A stretch of DNA of 64,000 bases from Mobula hypostoma (taxonomy: Eukaryota), in NCBI RefSeq assembly GCF_963921235.1, contig NC_086097.1:123072001-123136000 (forward strand). Reading direction: 5' to 3'. Positions 12,038 through 25,616 of this stretch are shown piece after piece. Numbering within the stretch: position 1 is the stretch's first letter; every line of letters begins with the position of its first letter. The position numbers and the translations under genes were made by a program. The notes beneath the pieces are model-generated. The model did no database searches and was not told where the DNA came from. It worked only from the letters and a program-made list of their open reading frames with translations.

Positions 12038-12288
12038 AGTGGATTCCAGTTAATTGAGACACATCAAGACCAGTACATTCTGGCCCAATTAAGCAGCTCC
12101 CCCAATGAGCCAAAGTTAAAAAGGTATAAAAAGACAAGCTACTGCTTAACTGAGTTATCAATTATGTATTTAAATGAAATACAGAATAAATTAGAACACT
12201 ACCAATGCTATTGCAGCACTATAAAACTGTGTATTAGTTCCTAATAGTTAACAACAGAGGAAATCATCCAGTGCATGATGCTGCGTAT
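12038..12288. mobile_element. Tigger/pogo-like MITE end fragment
   Basis: AGTGGATTCCAGTTAATTGAGACACATC is the reverse complement of the end of the 53806-54600 element. Confidence 0.7.
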
Positions 12289-12740
12289 GGGGAGTTCAGG
12301 GAAGGGTAGCATTTCAGGGCAGCTCACTCAGCTTTGGTCCCCAATGGACACTCAGTTCTCACCTGTAGCTCCAAGTAGCTGTTTGCATGCAATAATGGCC
12401 ACAGCTCGGTACTCTGCTTCGACAAGTGGGCAGAAGCAGGTGAGGGTAGCCGGCGCAGCTCATACCCGGGTGAAATGGGGACATGGCTGTCTTAGCATGT
12501 GAAGTCAGCTCTGGCGGACTGAGCAAATGAGATCAACAGTGAGATCCAACAGCCAAGAAGGTGGTTCTGCATTGCCTCGTGGAGAGTGGCGTGCATCACA
12601 AGGCACAGAAGAAGTCATGGTTATCCACTGCAACCAAGGAAGACCCCAGTTTGAGACGACTACCTGTAGCACTGAACACCCACTTCCAAGGTCGAGAGAG
12701 TGGAACTGTCCCAGTGCAACGGCTTTTCCGCTTTCAAAAT
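12289..12740 (+). mobile_element. RTE-like retrotransposon 5' UTR fragment carrying a degenerate HDV-like ribozyme fold (12289-12446)
   Basis: GC-rich insert truncating the Tigger-like MITE; P2 TTCTCACCTGT/GCAGGTGAGGG, L3 starting UCC, P1.1 GG, P4 hairpin. The RTE assignment is by recollection only. Confidence 0.55.
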
Positions 12741-13749
12741 ATGACTGTTCTTCAAGCTGATGCAGTGGGATTTCAGGCTTTTGTACCTCCTACTCAACAG
12801 TAATTGTAATTGTGTACTGCAAATCACCCATGTAAGTATTGGTGGGTGTCAGAGTATCCAGATGGAATTAAAAGGCATTAAGAGAGAACCAGAGAAGTGG
12901 GAAAAGTAAGGAAAAGAGAAGTAAGGAAATGTGATTAATGAGATTGCTCTGAGGGCTGGCCTGGAATTAATGGGTCAAATGGCCATAAAGAATAAGCAAT
13001 ATTAAAAGTATGAGGAGCACAAGAAATAAGCTGCACTGGGTTCTAAAACATACGCTACATCAGCAAAGCTTCTCATACCACGGGAAGTAAAATACTTTAG
13101 TTAAAAAAGATGTTCAAAAGTTACTAGGTCATTTCAATCTAAACACCCAGGAATTAGAGAGGGCTGCTCATTTGGATCAAAGAGTCAGTTTTGAATATTA
13201 GGAAATACGTTATCTCATTGAAGGGTCTGTCTTGGCACTGAAAACTCCAGAGTGAGAGGCTTGTTTGTAGTTTAACTGATGGGGGAGGGATTTCAATCAA
13301 GTGTTTAAACACAGGGAATCTTACATAAGAGTTTTAAGATAAAGATTGGCTTTAATTATCACAATATCAAAATATATAATCACATGTGTCATTTGTACCA
13401 AATTAAAAGAGTGAGGATTGTGCTGGTCAGCTCATAACTGTTGCCACGCATGCAGTGCCAACATAGCATGCCCACAGCTCACTAACCCTAACCTCTAACC
13501 CCTAACCTTTGGAATATGGGAGGAAACCGGAGCCAGTACATAGTGGGGCAGGATAGAGACTGTGGGTGCTAGGTTGAACCAGATGAGGAGGGAAGAACAG
13601 GCAGATAGAACCTTACCCATATGTCCCATTCCACCTACGTGCTGCTTCATGCCAGTAGTTTCTCCTGTAGCCTTTCCGTCCCGATGCAGGAACTCAAGCA
13701 AAATTAATTGATTTACACCTTCTGCCTTGACAAACAAGATTTAGAACTG

Positions 13750-14065
13750 CGGCAGCATGGTTGTGTAGTGGTTAGTGCAATCACTTTACAGCACCGGCAA
13801 ACGCTGTCGGGCTTTCAATATCCACTGCTGTCTGTGAGGTGTTTGTGTGTTCTCTCTGTGACCATGTAGGCTTCCTCTGGGTGCTCCGGTTTCCTAACAT
13901 ATTTCAAAGACGTACAGGTTAGGGGTGAGTAGGTTAGTGACTGGTGAGTTGCTATGTTGGCACCAGAAGTGTGGCGACACTTGCGAACTCTCCAGCACAA
14001 TCTTCACTGATTTGATTTGATGCAAAGACGCATTTCAGTGTCTGTTTCGACGTACATGTGACAAA
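13750..14065 (+). mobile_element. tRNA-derived V-SINE-like element (other copies ~25130-25275, 27290-27570, 36990-37285, 39385-39620, all minus)
   Basis: tRNA-like head GTGTAGTGGTTAG and V-domain-like TTCCTCTGGGTGCTCCGGTTTCCT..CA..TTCAAAGAC. Confidence 0.75.
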
Positions 14066-17000
14066 TTGCGCTGTTGCCATAAAAAAGCAGCATCTGTCAT
14101 TAAGGACCTTCACCATCCAGGCCATGCTCTCTTCTCACTGCTTCCATTGGGAAGGAGGTACAGGAGCCTTAGGTCCCACATCACCAAGTTCAGCTGCATT
14201 TATTACCCTGAACTAGTGTGGATAACTTCACTCACCTCAACTCTGAATTGATTCCACAACCTATGGACTCACCTTTAAGGATTCGCCAACTCATGTTCTC
14301 AGTATCATATTATTTATTTATTTGTTTGTTTGTTTATTTATTTGTAATTGCACAGATTGTTCTCTTTTGCACATTGGTTGTCAGTCTTTGTGTGTAGCTT
14401 TTCAGTGATTCCATAAACCATAAGACCATAAGATACAGGAGCAGAATTAGGTCATTTGGACAATTGAGTGTGCTCTACCATTTCATCATGGCTGATCCAG
14501 TTTTGCTCAATCCCAATCTCCTGTTTTCTCCCTGTATCCCTTCAAGCTCTGATCAATCAAAAACCTATCAACCTTGTCCTTAAATATACATAAAGACTTG
14601 GCCTCCACAGCTGCCTGTGGCAAAGAATTCCACAGATTCACCACTCAATAGTTCCTCTTAAAAACAGTTCTAAAAGGACACCCCTCTATTCTATTGTATT
14701 TCTTTGTTCTACTGTGAATCCCTGCAAGAAAATGAATTTGAGGGTAGTATATGGTGACATTATATGCACCTTGAATATAAATTTAATTTGAACTTTCAAA
14801 TAAAACTAATCTTTCATCTAAAATCTATTTAGACTGGGGCACAAGAATGAACTAATATAGAAAGCCAACAAAATATTATTTCTGACCGTTGAAAGACAAC
14901 ATTGAACTGGGTGAATGAGAGCCTTGAATGCCTGTTGTCTGCTCCTTGGATTCATATGCAGTGTTGGCAAGAGCTGAGGTTTTCACCCAAGTAAATCTGT
15001 CACATACATATGCTCAGCTGAATGTGGTCAAGGACAGTCAGCAACACTTGACAACTAATAAACACAAGGGTCTTTATTCATAAGCAAATTTAATTTAAGG
15101 TGCAAAATTTTCACTGAAGATCTTTCAAGTTGTCACAGACAAGATACTACAAGATATAGATTACTGTCTATTCAATCAAGGTTATGTACTATTAGTAATA
15201 AGTGCCAAATGAGGTAACTATCAAAGATGTGCAGTGTGCAATTGGCTGCTCAAAACAGCAGAAATATTTTCCTAGCTCAGTTCATAGCTTAAAATGCCCC
15301 TCCATCGACGCTGCCTGACCTGCTGAGTTTCTCCAGCATTTTGTGTGGGCTACTCTGGATTTGCAGCATCTGCAGATCTCTTGTGTTCAAAACAGCAAGT
15401 GTGTAGTTGTACAAAAAGAGATGGCTTATCTTGCACTAAATGACGATGTCAAGGGATTAAAACAAACTGAGAAAATTTTGAAGGTAATTGTAAAGACAAA
15501 GAACCCTGGAAATACTTAATTACCTTGGGTCATTATTAGGCAGAGTACAGCATCTTTACCGTTTTTTTTCCAGATCTTGCAACAGCATTGATGGCATTTT
15601 ATCAGTTGCTGAAAGAATGAAAATTGGAATGGGGAAAAGAACGGGTGTGTTACATCTGAAGAGTCTAATAGGTGGTCTTGTTGCATGCACATGCTCAGAG
15701 ACTACCACAAAAAAACAGCATCCATCATCAAGGACCCCACCATCCAGGCCATGCTCTCTTCTCACTGCTGCCATCAGGAAGGAGGTACAGAAGCCTTAGG
15801 TCCCACACCATCAGATTCAGGAACAGTTATTACCTCTCAACCATCAGACTCCTGAACCAGCATGGACAACTTCACTCACCTCAAAAATGAACTTCTTGCA
15901 CAAACTATAGACTCACTTTCAAGGACTCTACATCTCATGTTCTCAATATTATCTATTACTTGTTATTACTAATATTATTATTTGTTGTTTTTGTATTTGC
16001 ATAGTTGCTCTTCTTTTGCGCATTGGTTGCACTGTTCGCGCGGGTGTGTGATTGCGGAGTAAATGAAATGCTCCTGGACACAGATGCTCCTGTTGCCATG
16101 CAGGTGGAATTTTTTAAATATATAATGTTAATATAACTTACAACACTGTTACAAATTGTAACAATAAACACAGAATGGAAGTTGGTAGCTCATTGTTAAT
16201 AAATCATTGGCCATAAATCATAAACGTAATGTGAAAAATTTTTATGGTGCTGTATTTCATTATATCCTTCAATTATTAAATACAAACAAAAGTATATGAT
16301 TCTTCGATTTTCATTCCAATTATTCATGGTATGCATTTTACAAATAAATTTAACTGCCACACAATTTTTAGGCTGCGTAAAATTTTCCTGCTCAGAGGTC
16401 CACACAGCTGTAAAAACATTAGAGGGATTGTTGATTGGCAATTTGTACATCTTTGTGTGTAGTTTTTCATTGAATATAATGTGTTTCTTTGTACCTACCA
16501 TGAATGCCTGCAAGAAAATGAATCTCACGGTAGCGTATGGTGACAATTATGTACCTTCTGCCTTCTGATCATAAACATTCATGGGGCGGTGCGGGGGGGA
16601 GCCTGGAAAATGTAGACCAGAGAGTATATCTGATGAGCTACCTCATAGAGTAGCCACACGTAGAGTCATACAGCCCAAAATCAGGTTTATTATCACTGAC
16701 ATATGTCGTGAAATTTGTTGTTTTGCAGTAGCAATACAATAGTCACAATTAAGAAGTATGAAAAACAATAATGCAAAAAGACAGAAAAAAGTGAGGTAGT
16801 GTTCAGGGTTCATAAATCTGATAGAGAAGGAAAGAAGCTGTTCTTAAACATTGAGTGTGTGTCTTTGCACTCCTGTACCTCCCTTCTGATGGCAGTAGTG
16901 AGAAAAGGGCATGTCCTGGATGGTGAGGGTCTTAATAATGGATGCTTTTCCTGAGGCGTCACCTATTCAAGATGGGTCCTTCAAGCCAACTGGTCCATAC

Positions 17001-17639
17001 TGACCAAACTCCCATCTAAACTAGCCCAGTTTCCCCATATCCCTCTAAATGTTCCCTGTCCATGCACCTGTCCAAGTATTTTTTAAATGTTGATAATGTA
17101 CCTGCCTCAACAACTTCATTGAGCAACTCATTCCTGACCACCTTCTGGGTGAAGAGATTGCCCCCTCAGCTTCGTATTAAATCTCTATTTCTTGAATTTC
17201 TCAATCCTGGGAAAAAGACTATGGTTCAAAGGTTTCAAAGCTACATTTAACATCAGAGAAATGTATACACTATGCATCCTGAAATCCTTTTTCTCCACAA
17301 CCACCCACGAAAACAGAGGGAATAATGAAAAAAATGTCTCTCTGTTTCACAAGAAGAGGGGAGACGTAACAAACAGCTCGCTGATATACGATGTTAAAAG
17401 TCCGTTGCGTCGCTTTTTTCCGAGCTCTGTGCCCAAAGAACTCAGGTCTCTGGACAAACAGCCAGCAGCCAGCTTGCTGCTTTCGATCTTCCGTCTCCCA
17501 CGACACACCGATTCCCTGCAGAGGCACCGTCCTCGAGTCCGCCAGCCTCCAGAGCCATGAAATCCCAGAACTACAAAGGCGTGCTAATCTTCTAGGCCGC
17601 GTGCTTGGTATATTGAATATTAAATATTGATTGTACCCC

Positions 17640-18020
17640 TAAGAGAACAATCAGAATGTTCTCAGATCGGACACTATGAATGGACTGGAAAATCCACTCC
17701 CTACCAAAGCCTAGGACTGTGGTGTTCAAATCAGGTGATCCTGACCTTTATAAGAAATCAAGATACAATCCCTATAAAGCTATCAGAGATGCCAACAGAC
17801 AATACCGGTCCAAATTCAAGCTCCGAGCAAGCTGTCAGTTGTGGCAGGGTTTACATGCAATAATTGCCAACAAAATTAAGTCAGGCACATCGCTGACAAC
17901 AATGCATTCCTTCCAAATGAATTTAATGAATTCTTTGCACATTATGAACAGAAGGGGATTGGAATGTCATCATCGACCCTGACAGTCTCCAATGCATCTG
18001 AATCCATAGTCACCATCACT
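17640..18020 (+). mobile_element. Rex-Babar LINE internal fragment
   Basis: ORF 17680-17982 FKSGDPDLYKKSRY...AIRDANRQYRSK...QLWQGLHAI, the linker between EN and RT. Confidence 0.7.
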
Positions 18021-18231
18021 GTACCTCAGTACATGATAGAATAATACACCAATTTACCTCTACAAGATTATTGCCTTTTCTCTTTTACTCCAATTAAATC
18101 AGCCCCAACCTGCTTAACCTCTGTCCATAGAACAGTCTCTCCTGATTTGGCAACGTCTTGTAAATCTCTTCTACACTCATGTCATCTTTCTTATAGCAGG
18201 GCTACTAAAACAGAACAGAATATTCCAAAGC

Positions 18232-19185
18232 AACGTATACAAAATGCTGGAGGAACTCGGCAGGTCAGGCAGTATTTGTAGAAATGAATAAACAGTCAAT
18301 GTTTCAGGCAGAGACTCTTCTTCAGGTATGGAAAGGAAAGGGAAAGATGTGGGGAGAAGGGATGGAAACTAGCCAGAAGGTGATAGGTGAAGACAGCTGG
18401 GTAGGAAAGGTCGAGGACTGGAGAGGAAGGAAATAGGAGAGAAAAGTGGACCATAGGAGAAAGGGAAGGAAGTGGGGGCCCAGGGGGAGGTGATAGGCAT
18501 GTGACAAGAGGTAAGAAGTCAGAGTAGGGAATAGACGAAGAGGGAAGAGGAAGGGATTTTTTTTTAACCGAAAGGAGAAATTGATGTTCATGCCAGCAGG
18601 TTGAAGACTATCCAGATGGAATATAAGGTTTGCTGCTCCACCCTGAGGATAGCCTCATTGTGGCACAAAAGGAAGTCAGGGACCGACATTTCGGAAGGGG
18701 AATGGGAATGGGAATTGGAATTTAAATGTTTGGCTACCAGGAAGTTCGGCTTTTGGTGGATGGATTGGAGGTGCTCAATGAAGTGGTCCCCCAATTTACG
18801 ATGGGTCCAACCAATGTAGAAGCGGCCAGATCGGGAGCTCCGGACACAATAGACGACCCTAGCAGATTCACAAGTGTTGCCCCAGTGTTTGGGGCACTGA
18901 ATGGAGGTGAGGGAGGAGGTGAATGGGCAGGTGTAGCACTTCAGCCACCTGCAGGGATAAGTGCCAGAAGGGAAATTAGTGAGGAGGGACAAATAGACGA
19001 GGGAATCACGGAGGGAGTGATCCCCATGGAAAGCGGAGAGACAGGGAGGTAAAGACATGTTTGAATATGCTTGGTGGTAGGATCCCTTTGGAAATGGTGG
19101 AAGTTGTGAAGTATGATGTGTTGGATGCAGAGGGTCATAGGGTGGTAGGTAAGGACAAGAGGAATTCTATCACTGTTAAGGTGGT
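18232..19185 (-). mobile_element. Penelope-like element 3' part with GIY-YIG endonuclease remnant
   Basis: ORF 18588-19058: TYPC..KCYTCP...VVYCVRSSRSGRFYIGWTHRKLGDHFIEH...VAKHLNS; ends in a decayed hammerhead terminus at ~18293-18326. Confidence 0.85.
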
Positions 19186-21859
19186 GTACCAAATGTGGCC
19201 TCACCAACGTCTTGTATAACTGCAACATTAATCCCAACCTCTATACCCTCAATGATAAAGGCCAGCATGTCAAAAGGCTTCTTCACCACCATGTGTACCC
19301 AAGATACCACTTGCAGGGAACCATGTACTCATAATCCAAGGCCTTTCTGTTCACAAAGTCATGCAACTGAATTAGGTTCTCCTTCTCTGTTTGAATAAAG
19401 ATTCTGATTAAAAAATAAATGGACATATAAAGGCAGTAGATCGAAGAGAGCCACGATTGGAAATCCATTTTGAAAGATCTTCATTCAGGAAGGTACGAGA
19501 ACACAATACATTCAAACTTAAGAGCAGATAGAACATAGAACATAGAACATTACTTTGGCTCACCATGTTGTGCCAACCTTTTCACCTACTCTAAGATTAA
19601 TCTAACCCTTCCCTCTTTCATAGCCCTCCATTTTTCTATCATCAATATGCCCATCTAAGAGTTTCATATCTGCCTCTACCACCAGCTCTGGCAGGGCATT
19701 CCATGCATCCACCACTCCGGGTGAAAAAGGCTTTGTCTCTGTTCACTTGTTCTAAATGCACAACATTGAAAGATCTGCACAGTGTCTAGCCCCCTCTTCT
19801 GCACACATAGCACGAATGGCTGCAGATGGATTTCTACCCCATTAAGTTTAAATTAAAGTAAGTCATTCCAGTCAAACTGAGAACTGTAACAAATGCATTA
19901 TTTTGTTTGATTATGCAAAGTGAAGTTCACTGCTTGGAATAAGCTCAGTCAGCAATAACCTAAACTCATAGCGAGTTCCATTCATCACTTCCACTGCCTT
20001 CTCATTTTGCCATTTTCCACCTCAATTTTTAAATTGTTTCAACCCCCTCAATCTCCACTCATCCAATCCAGTAATGTGTTGCTCCAAGTCTGCTCTTCTG
20101 TTCATCCCTTACTCTATTCACTCTCATTCAGACCTTCAGACATTACAAACCAGTGCCCCTCTCCTGTACTTCCATATCTCCTAATACCTCATTCACCACG
20201 GCTATATTTCATAAGGAGCTTAAGGAGATTTGGCATGTCATGAAGGACTCTGACAAATTTCTACAGATGTAATGTGGAGAGCATTCTAAATGGTCGCATC
20301 AATGTCAGGTATGGGTGGGGGGAGGGAACTGGTGCTACTGTACAGGATCGAAGTAAGCTGCGTGGTAAACTTAGCTCCATCATGGGCACTAGCCTCCATC
20401 GTGACCAGAACATCTTCAAGGAGCAATGCCTCAAAAAGGTGGTGCCCATCATTAAGGACCCCATCCCCCAGGACATGCCCTGATCTCAGTGGTACCATCA
20501 GGAAGGAGGTACAGAGCCTGAAGACACACATTCAGGAACAGCTTCTTCCCCTCTGCCATCTGATTCTTGAATGGGCATTGAACCCATGAACACTACCTCA
20601 CTACGTTGTTTATTTCCATGTATTTCAACAAATTTCACAACACATGCCTGTGATATTAAACTTGGTTCTGACCCTTGTTGAAGCTCATGTCCAACATCCT
20701 CTTAGGATCTCCCTGACCAGTTTGTCTCGTAAAATTGTAAAGTGCACTGGATATCCTTCAATATTCTAAACATACTAACAAAATTTACTTTTATTTGTAG
20801 CATAATGTGATGGGGCATAATTTTAAGATGATTGGAGGAAAGTATGGGGGGATAGCAGATGTAAGCTTTTTACACAGATAGTGGTGGGTGGTTATGCAAA
20901 CCTTCATATAAACAGTTCAATTGAATCACAGAACACCCAATGTACTTGATAGAATGAAAGGTTCAAGGAATAAAGGTACAGATAGAGTAGATAGGCAAAG
21001 ACATTTTCCCAGGACAGAAATAACTAATAGAAGAGTGCATAATTTTAGACAATAAGACCATAAGATATAGGAGCAGAATTAGGCCATTCAGCCCAATGAG
21101 TCTGCTCCTCCATTCCATCAAGGTTGATCCCAGATCCCACTCAACCCCATACAACTGCCTTCTCGCCATATCCTTTAATGCCCTGACCGATCAGGAAATG
21201 ATCAACTTCCGCCTTAAATATACGCATGGACTTTGCTTCCACCACAGTCTGTGGCAGAGCATTCCAGAGATTTACTACTATATGGCTAAAAGACTTCCTC
21301 CTGACCTCTGTTCTAAAGGGTCACTCCTCAATTCTGAGGCTGTGCTTTTAGTTCTGGATACACCATAGGAAACATCCTCTCCGCATTCACCCTATTGAGA
21401 CCTTTCAACGTTCAGTAGGTTTCAATGAGATTCTCCTGCATTCTTCTAAATTCCAGTGAATACAGGCCCAAAGCTGCCAAACTTTTCTCATATGTTAACC
21501 TCTTCATTCCCAAATCATCCCCGTGAACCTCCTCTGGACTCTCTCCAATGACAACACAACCTTTCTGAGATAAGGGGCCCAAAGCTATTGACAATACTCC
21601 AAGTGCGGCCTGACTAGTGTCTTATAAAGGCTCGGCATTATCTCCTTGCTTTTATATTCTATTCACCTTGAAATAAATGCCAACATTGCATTTGCCTTCT
21701 TTACTACAGACTCAACCTGTAAATTAACCTTCTGGGAGTCTTGCATGAGTCCCTCTGCACCTCTGATGTTTATACTTTCTCCCAATTTAGGTAATAGTCC
21801 GCACTATTGTTCCTTTTACCAAAATGCAATATCAAACATTTCCCAACACTGTATTCCAT

Positions 21860-22531
21860 TTACAACTTTTTTGTCCATTCTTCCAATTTCTCTGAGCCCT
21901 GTTGCAATTGCATTACCTCCTCAGGACTACCTACCCCTCCACCTATCTTTATATCATCCACAAACTTTGCCACAAAGCCATTAATTCCATTATCCAAATT
22001 ACTGACAATGTGAAAAGCAGCGGTTCCAATACTGACCCCCTGAGGAACAACACTAGCTACCAGCAGCCAACCAGAAAATGCCTCTTTTATTCTCACTCGC
22101 TGCCCCCTGCCTGACAACCATTCCACTATCCATGCCAGGATCTTTCCTGTAATGCCAGAGGATTTTATCTTGTTGAGCAGCCTCATGTGTGGCACCTTAT
22201 CAAGTGCCTTCTGAAAATCCAAGTAAATGACATCCACTGCCTCTCCTTTGCCCACCCTGCTTGTTACTTCCTTGAAGAACTCTAAAAGATTTGTCAGGCA
22301 AGATTTCCCTTTACAGAAATCATGCTGACCTTGACTTACTTTATCATTAGTATCCAGATACCACGAAACCCAATCCTTAATAATAGACTCCAACACTTTC
22401 CCAACCACTGAGGTTCGGCTAACTGGCCTATAATTTCCTTTCTTTTGCCTTCTTTCCCTTCTTAAAGAGTGGAGTGATATTTGCAATCTTCGAGTCCTCT
22501 GACACCATGCCAGAATCAAGTGATTCTTCAA
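21860..22531 (-). pseudogene. CR1 ORF2 reverse transcriptase remnant
   Basis: NYRPVS.TSVVGKVLESII...KSCLTNLLEFF...VDVIYLDFQKA.DKVPH...VPQG...KFVDDIKIGG. Confidence 0.9.
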
Positions 22532-23821
22532 TGATCATAACCAATGCATCCGTTAACTCTTCAACAACCTCTCTGAAAACTCTGGGATGTAGTCCATCTG
22601 ACCCTGGTGACTTATCCACCTTAGGACCTTTGGGTTTGCCTAGCACTTTTTCCTTTGTATTATCAATGGCACCCACTCTTGCTCCCTGACACTCATGGAC
22701 ACTCACAGACCTCTGGCAGATTGCTAGTGTCTTCCACAGTGAAAACAGATGCAAAGTACCTATTAAGTTCTTCTGCCATTTCTTTGTTCCCCATAACTAC
22801 CTCACCAGCATAATTTTCCAGTGGTCTAATATCACCTCTCACCTCCCTTTATATAACTGAAAAAACTTCTGGTATCCTGCTTTATGTTATTGGCTAGTCA
22901 ATTATATTATGATCACCGTCTCCTAAGGGTTTCTTTATGTTAAGCTCCTAATAAGATCTAACAACGTCGAGTAGACTCAAGTACAAGTTGCTCTAAAAAG
23001 CCATCTCATAGACGTTCAACAGATTCCCTCTTTTGCAATCTGGCACAAATCTGATTTTCCCAATCCCCTTGCATATTGAAGTCCCCCATTACAATTGAGT
23101 CATTAACCTTATTACATGCCTTTTCCAACTCCCTTTGCAATCTCAACCCCACATCTTGGCTACAATTTGGAGACCTATATGTGGTTCCCATAATGGTTTT
23201 TTCACCCTTGCAATTTCTTAACTCGACCCACAAAGATTAAACATTCTCTGACCCTAAGTCACCTCTTTCTAAAGATGTAATTCCATCTCTTACCAACAGA
23301 GCCACACCGCCACCTATGCCTTCCTGCCTGTCCTTTCAATACAAAGTATATCTTGTGATGATAAGCTCCCAACAATGGCCTTTCAGCTATGACTCAGTGA
23401 TGGCCACAATGTCATACCGACCAATCTCTAATTGTGGCACAAATTCATCCACCTTATTCCGCACTTATTTAAATACAGCACCTTCAGTCCTGCATTCTTC
23501 ACCCTTCTGAATTTGGCCTCTGTGGCACAATTTAACTCTTTGCTCTGTCTGCATTTGTACCCAAGCATTAGCTTGTCCTTCCTTATATTCATACTATACC
23601 GATCATCCACTCGTAAACCTGCTGGTTCATCCTCAGCTCCATTATCCTGGTTCCCATCCCCCTGCCATATTAGTTTAAACCACTCCCAACAGCTCTAGTA
23701 AATCTGCCCGCAACAAATTTGGTCCCCCTCAGATTCAAGTGCAACCATCACTTTTGTACAGGTCCCACATGCCCCAGAAGAGGTTCCAATTATCCAAAAA
23801 TCTGAATCCCTGTCCCCTGTT

Positions 23822-24208
23822 TCAATTCTTCAGCCACACATTTATCTGCCACCTCATTCTATTCCAATCCACATCGTCGCGTGGCACAGGCAGCAATCCC
23901 CAGATTACTGCCCTTGAGGTCCTGCTTCTCAGCTTCCTTCCTAACTCCCTGCATTCTTTTTTCAGGACCTCCTCCCTTTTTCTTCCTATGTCATTGGTAC
24001 CAATATGTACCACGACTTCTGGCTGCTCACCCTCCCTTTTCAGGATATTGTGGGCACGTCCAGAAACATCTTGGGCCCTGGCACCTGGGAGGCAAACTGC
24101 CACCCAAGCTTCGTCTTTGCATCCACAGAATCGTCTGTCTGTCCCCCTGACTATAGAGTCCCCCATTGCTGCTGCCATCATCCTCAGTTCCCTGCCCTTC
24201 TGAGGCAC
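23822..24208 (-). pseudogene. CR1 ORF1 SGNH/GDSL esterase-like domain remnant
   Basis: GDSIVRG...CLPGA...VVVHIGTNDIG motifs. Confidence 0.9.
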
Positions 24209-25616
24209 AGGGCCAGACTCAGTGCCAGAGGCATGTTCGCTGTTGCTTCCCCCAGGTAGGTCATCCCCCGCCCTGCCCAGCAGTACTCAAAATGGAGTAC
24301 TTATTGTTGAGGGGGACAGCCACAGGGCTGGTCTCCATTTTCTAACGTTCCCCCTTCCCTCTCCTGACAGTCACCCATTCATCTGTCTCCTGTAGCTTGG
24401 GGTTACTATCTCCCTGTACCTCCTGTCTATTACTACTTCACTTTCCAGAACAAACCAAAGATCATTAAACTGCAGCTCCAGTTCCCTAACATGGTCTCTA
24501 AGGAACTGCACCTCGATGCACCTAGCACAGATGTGACTATTGGAGAGGCTGTGAGTCACCCAGAAAGCTCACATCTGACAGCGAGAACAGAACACTGGCT
24601 CTGTAGACATACACCTATTCTCTCTAGAGCTGAATAAGAAATAATGAACTTACCTAGACTCTGCCTGTTCTCACTGAAGCCCTGTTTGAGCAAAAGCCTT
24701 ACTACTCTGCTTCAGACTACTCCGACGACGACCGCTCTGCTAGACGGTACCTCTCTTTTTATAGAGACTGGGTTTCCCATCGAAAATCTTTGTTGGACCT
24801 GCGCAGGAATGCTCCTGTTGCGTCTGCACTGTAGTCCAATCAACAACTCCCGTCGAAAAACTTGCTGCGTTTTCAAGCTCTTTGTTAGACCTGCACAGGA
24901 ATGCTCCTGTTGCATCTGCGCAGTCCTCCAATCAGCGTAACTCCAAATTTAAGCTGATTGGAGGAAAGTATAGTGGAGCTGTCAGAAGTATGTTCTTTAC
25001 ACAGAGTAATGGCGAGAGTGTAGTTTTTCACCGGTCCTATTGTACTTCTTGGTTCTACTGTGAAAATTGAATCTCAGGATAGTATGCAGTGTTATTTACA
25101 CATTTTGATATTACATTTACTTTGAAGCTTGGATTGTGGGAGGAAACTGGAGCACCCAGAGGAAACACACATGGTCACAGGGTGAATATATAGATCCCTC
25201 ACAGGACAGTGGCGGAATTGAATTTAGGATAGTGGCGCTGTAATGGTGTTATACTAACCACTGCACGACAGTGGAGCCCCCATTTGAAGCTGCAGCTGTC
25301 CAGCGGAATATGGAGTAAGTTGCTGAACTTGAACTAGAAGTTAGCATATTATTGAAAACCTTTTGAAATCCTCCATTATCAGTACATTGTAATTATTTGT
25401 TGAGATTTCAAACGGTCAATTCAGGTACTGTAAATATAATCACAGTAATCACACATTCTTTTCATGCATTAGGTATTAGCAAGGATCTTCAAAGTAACAA
25501 ATCTAGACTCTCCAGTAAGAGTTCATTGAAATTTATTCATATATTTTGTTGCCATAGTTTCAAACAAAACAACTTAATAACCCATATATTCTCTCAGTTA
25601 AACAGAAAATAAAATT

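Larger units (their letters stand above)
21049..24945 (-). mobile_element. CR1 (HER1-like) LINE retaining 5' UTR, ORF1 and internally deleted ORF2
   Basis: ORF1 zinc-finger remnant (HICARC), SGNH esterase, APE-EN remnant (IVMGDFN), RT, (CTTATGGT)n tail; interrupts another CR1 fragment. Confidence 0.9.

Noticed and set aside
13482..13507. Telomere-like CTAACCCTAACCTCTAACCCCTAACC
   Set aside because: Short, imperfect expansion of the ACTAACCCTAA motif found in the same SINE family at ~27422 and ~37134; not an interstitial telomere
15560..15608. 49-nt exon-like segment on the minus strand (ttctttcag...gtaaag)
   Set aside because: No recognisable protein; gives an immediate stop in the CCDC102B frame; expected by chance in 64 kb
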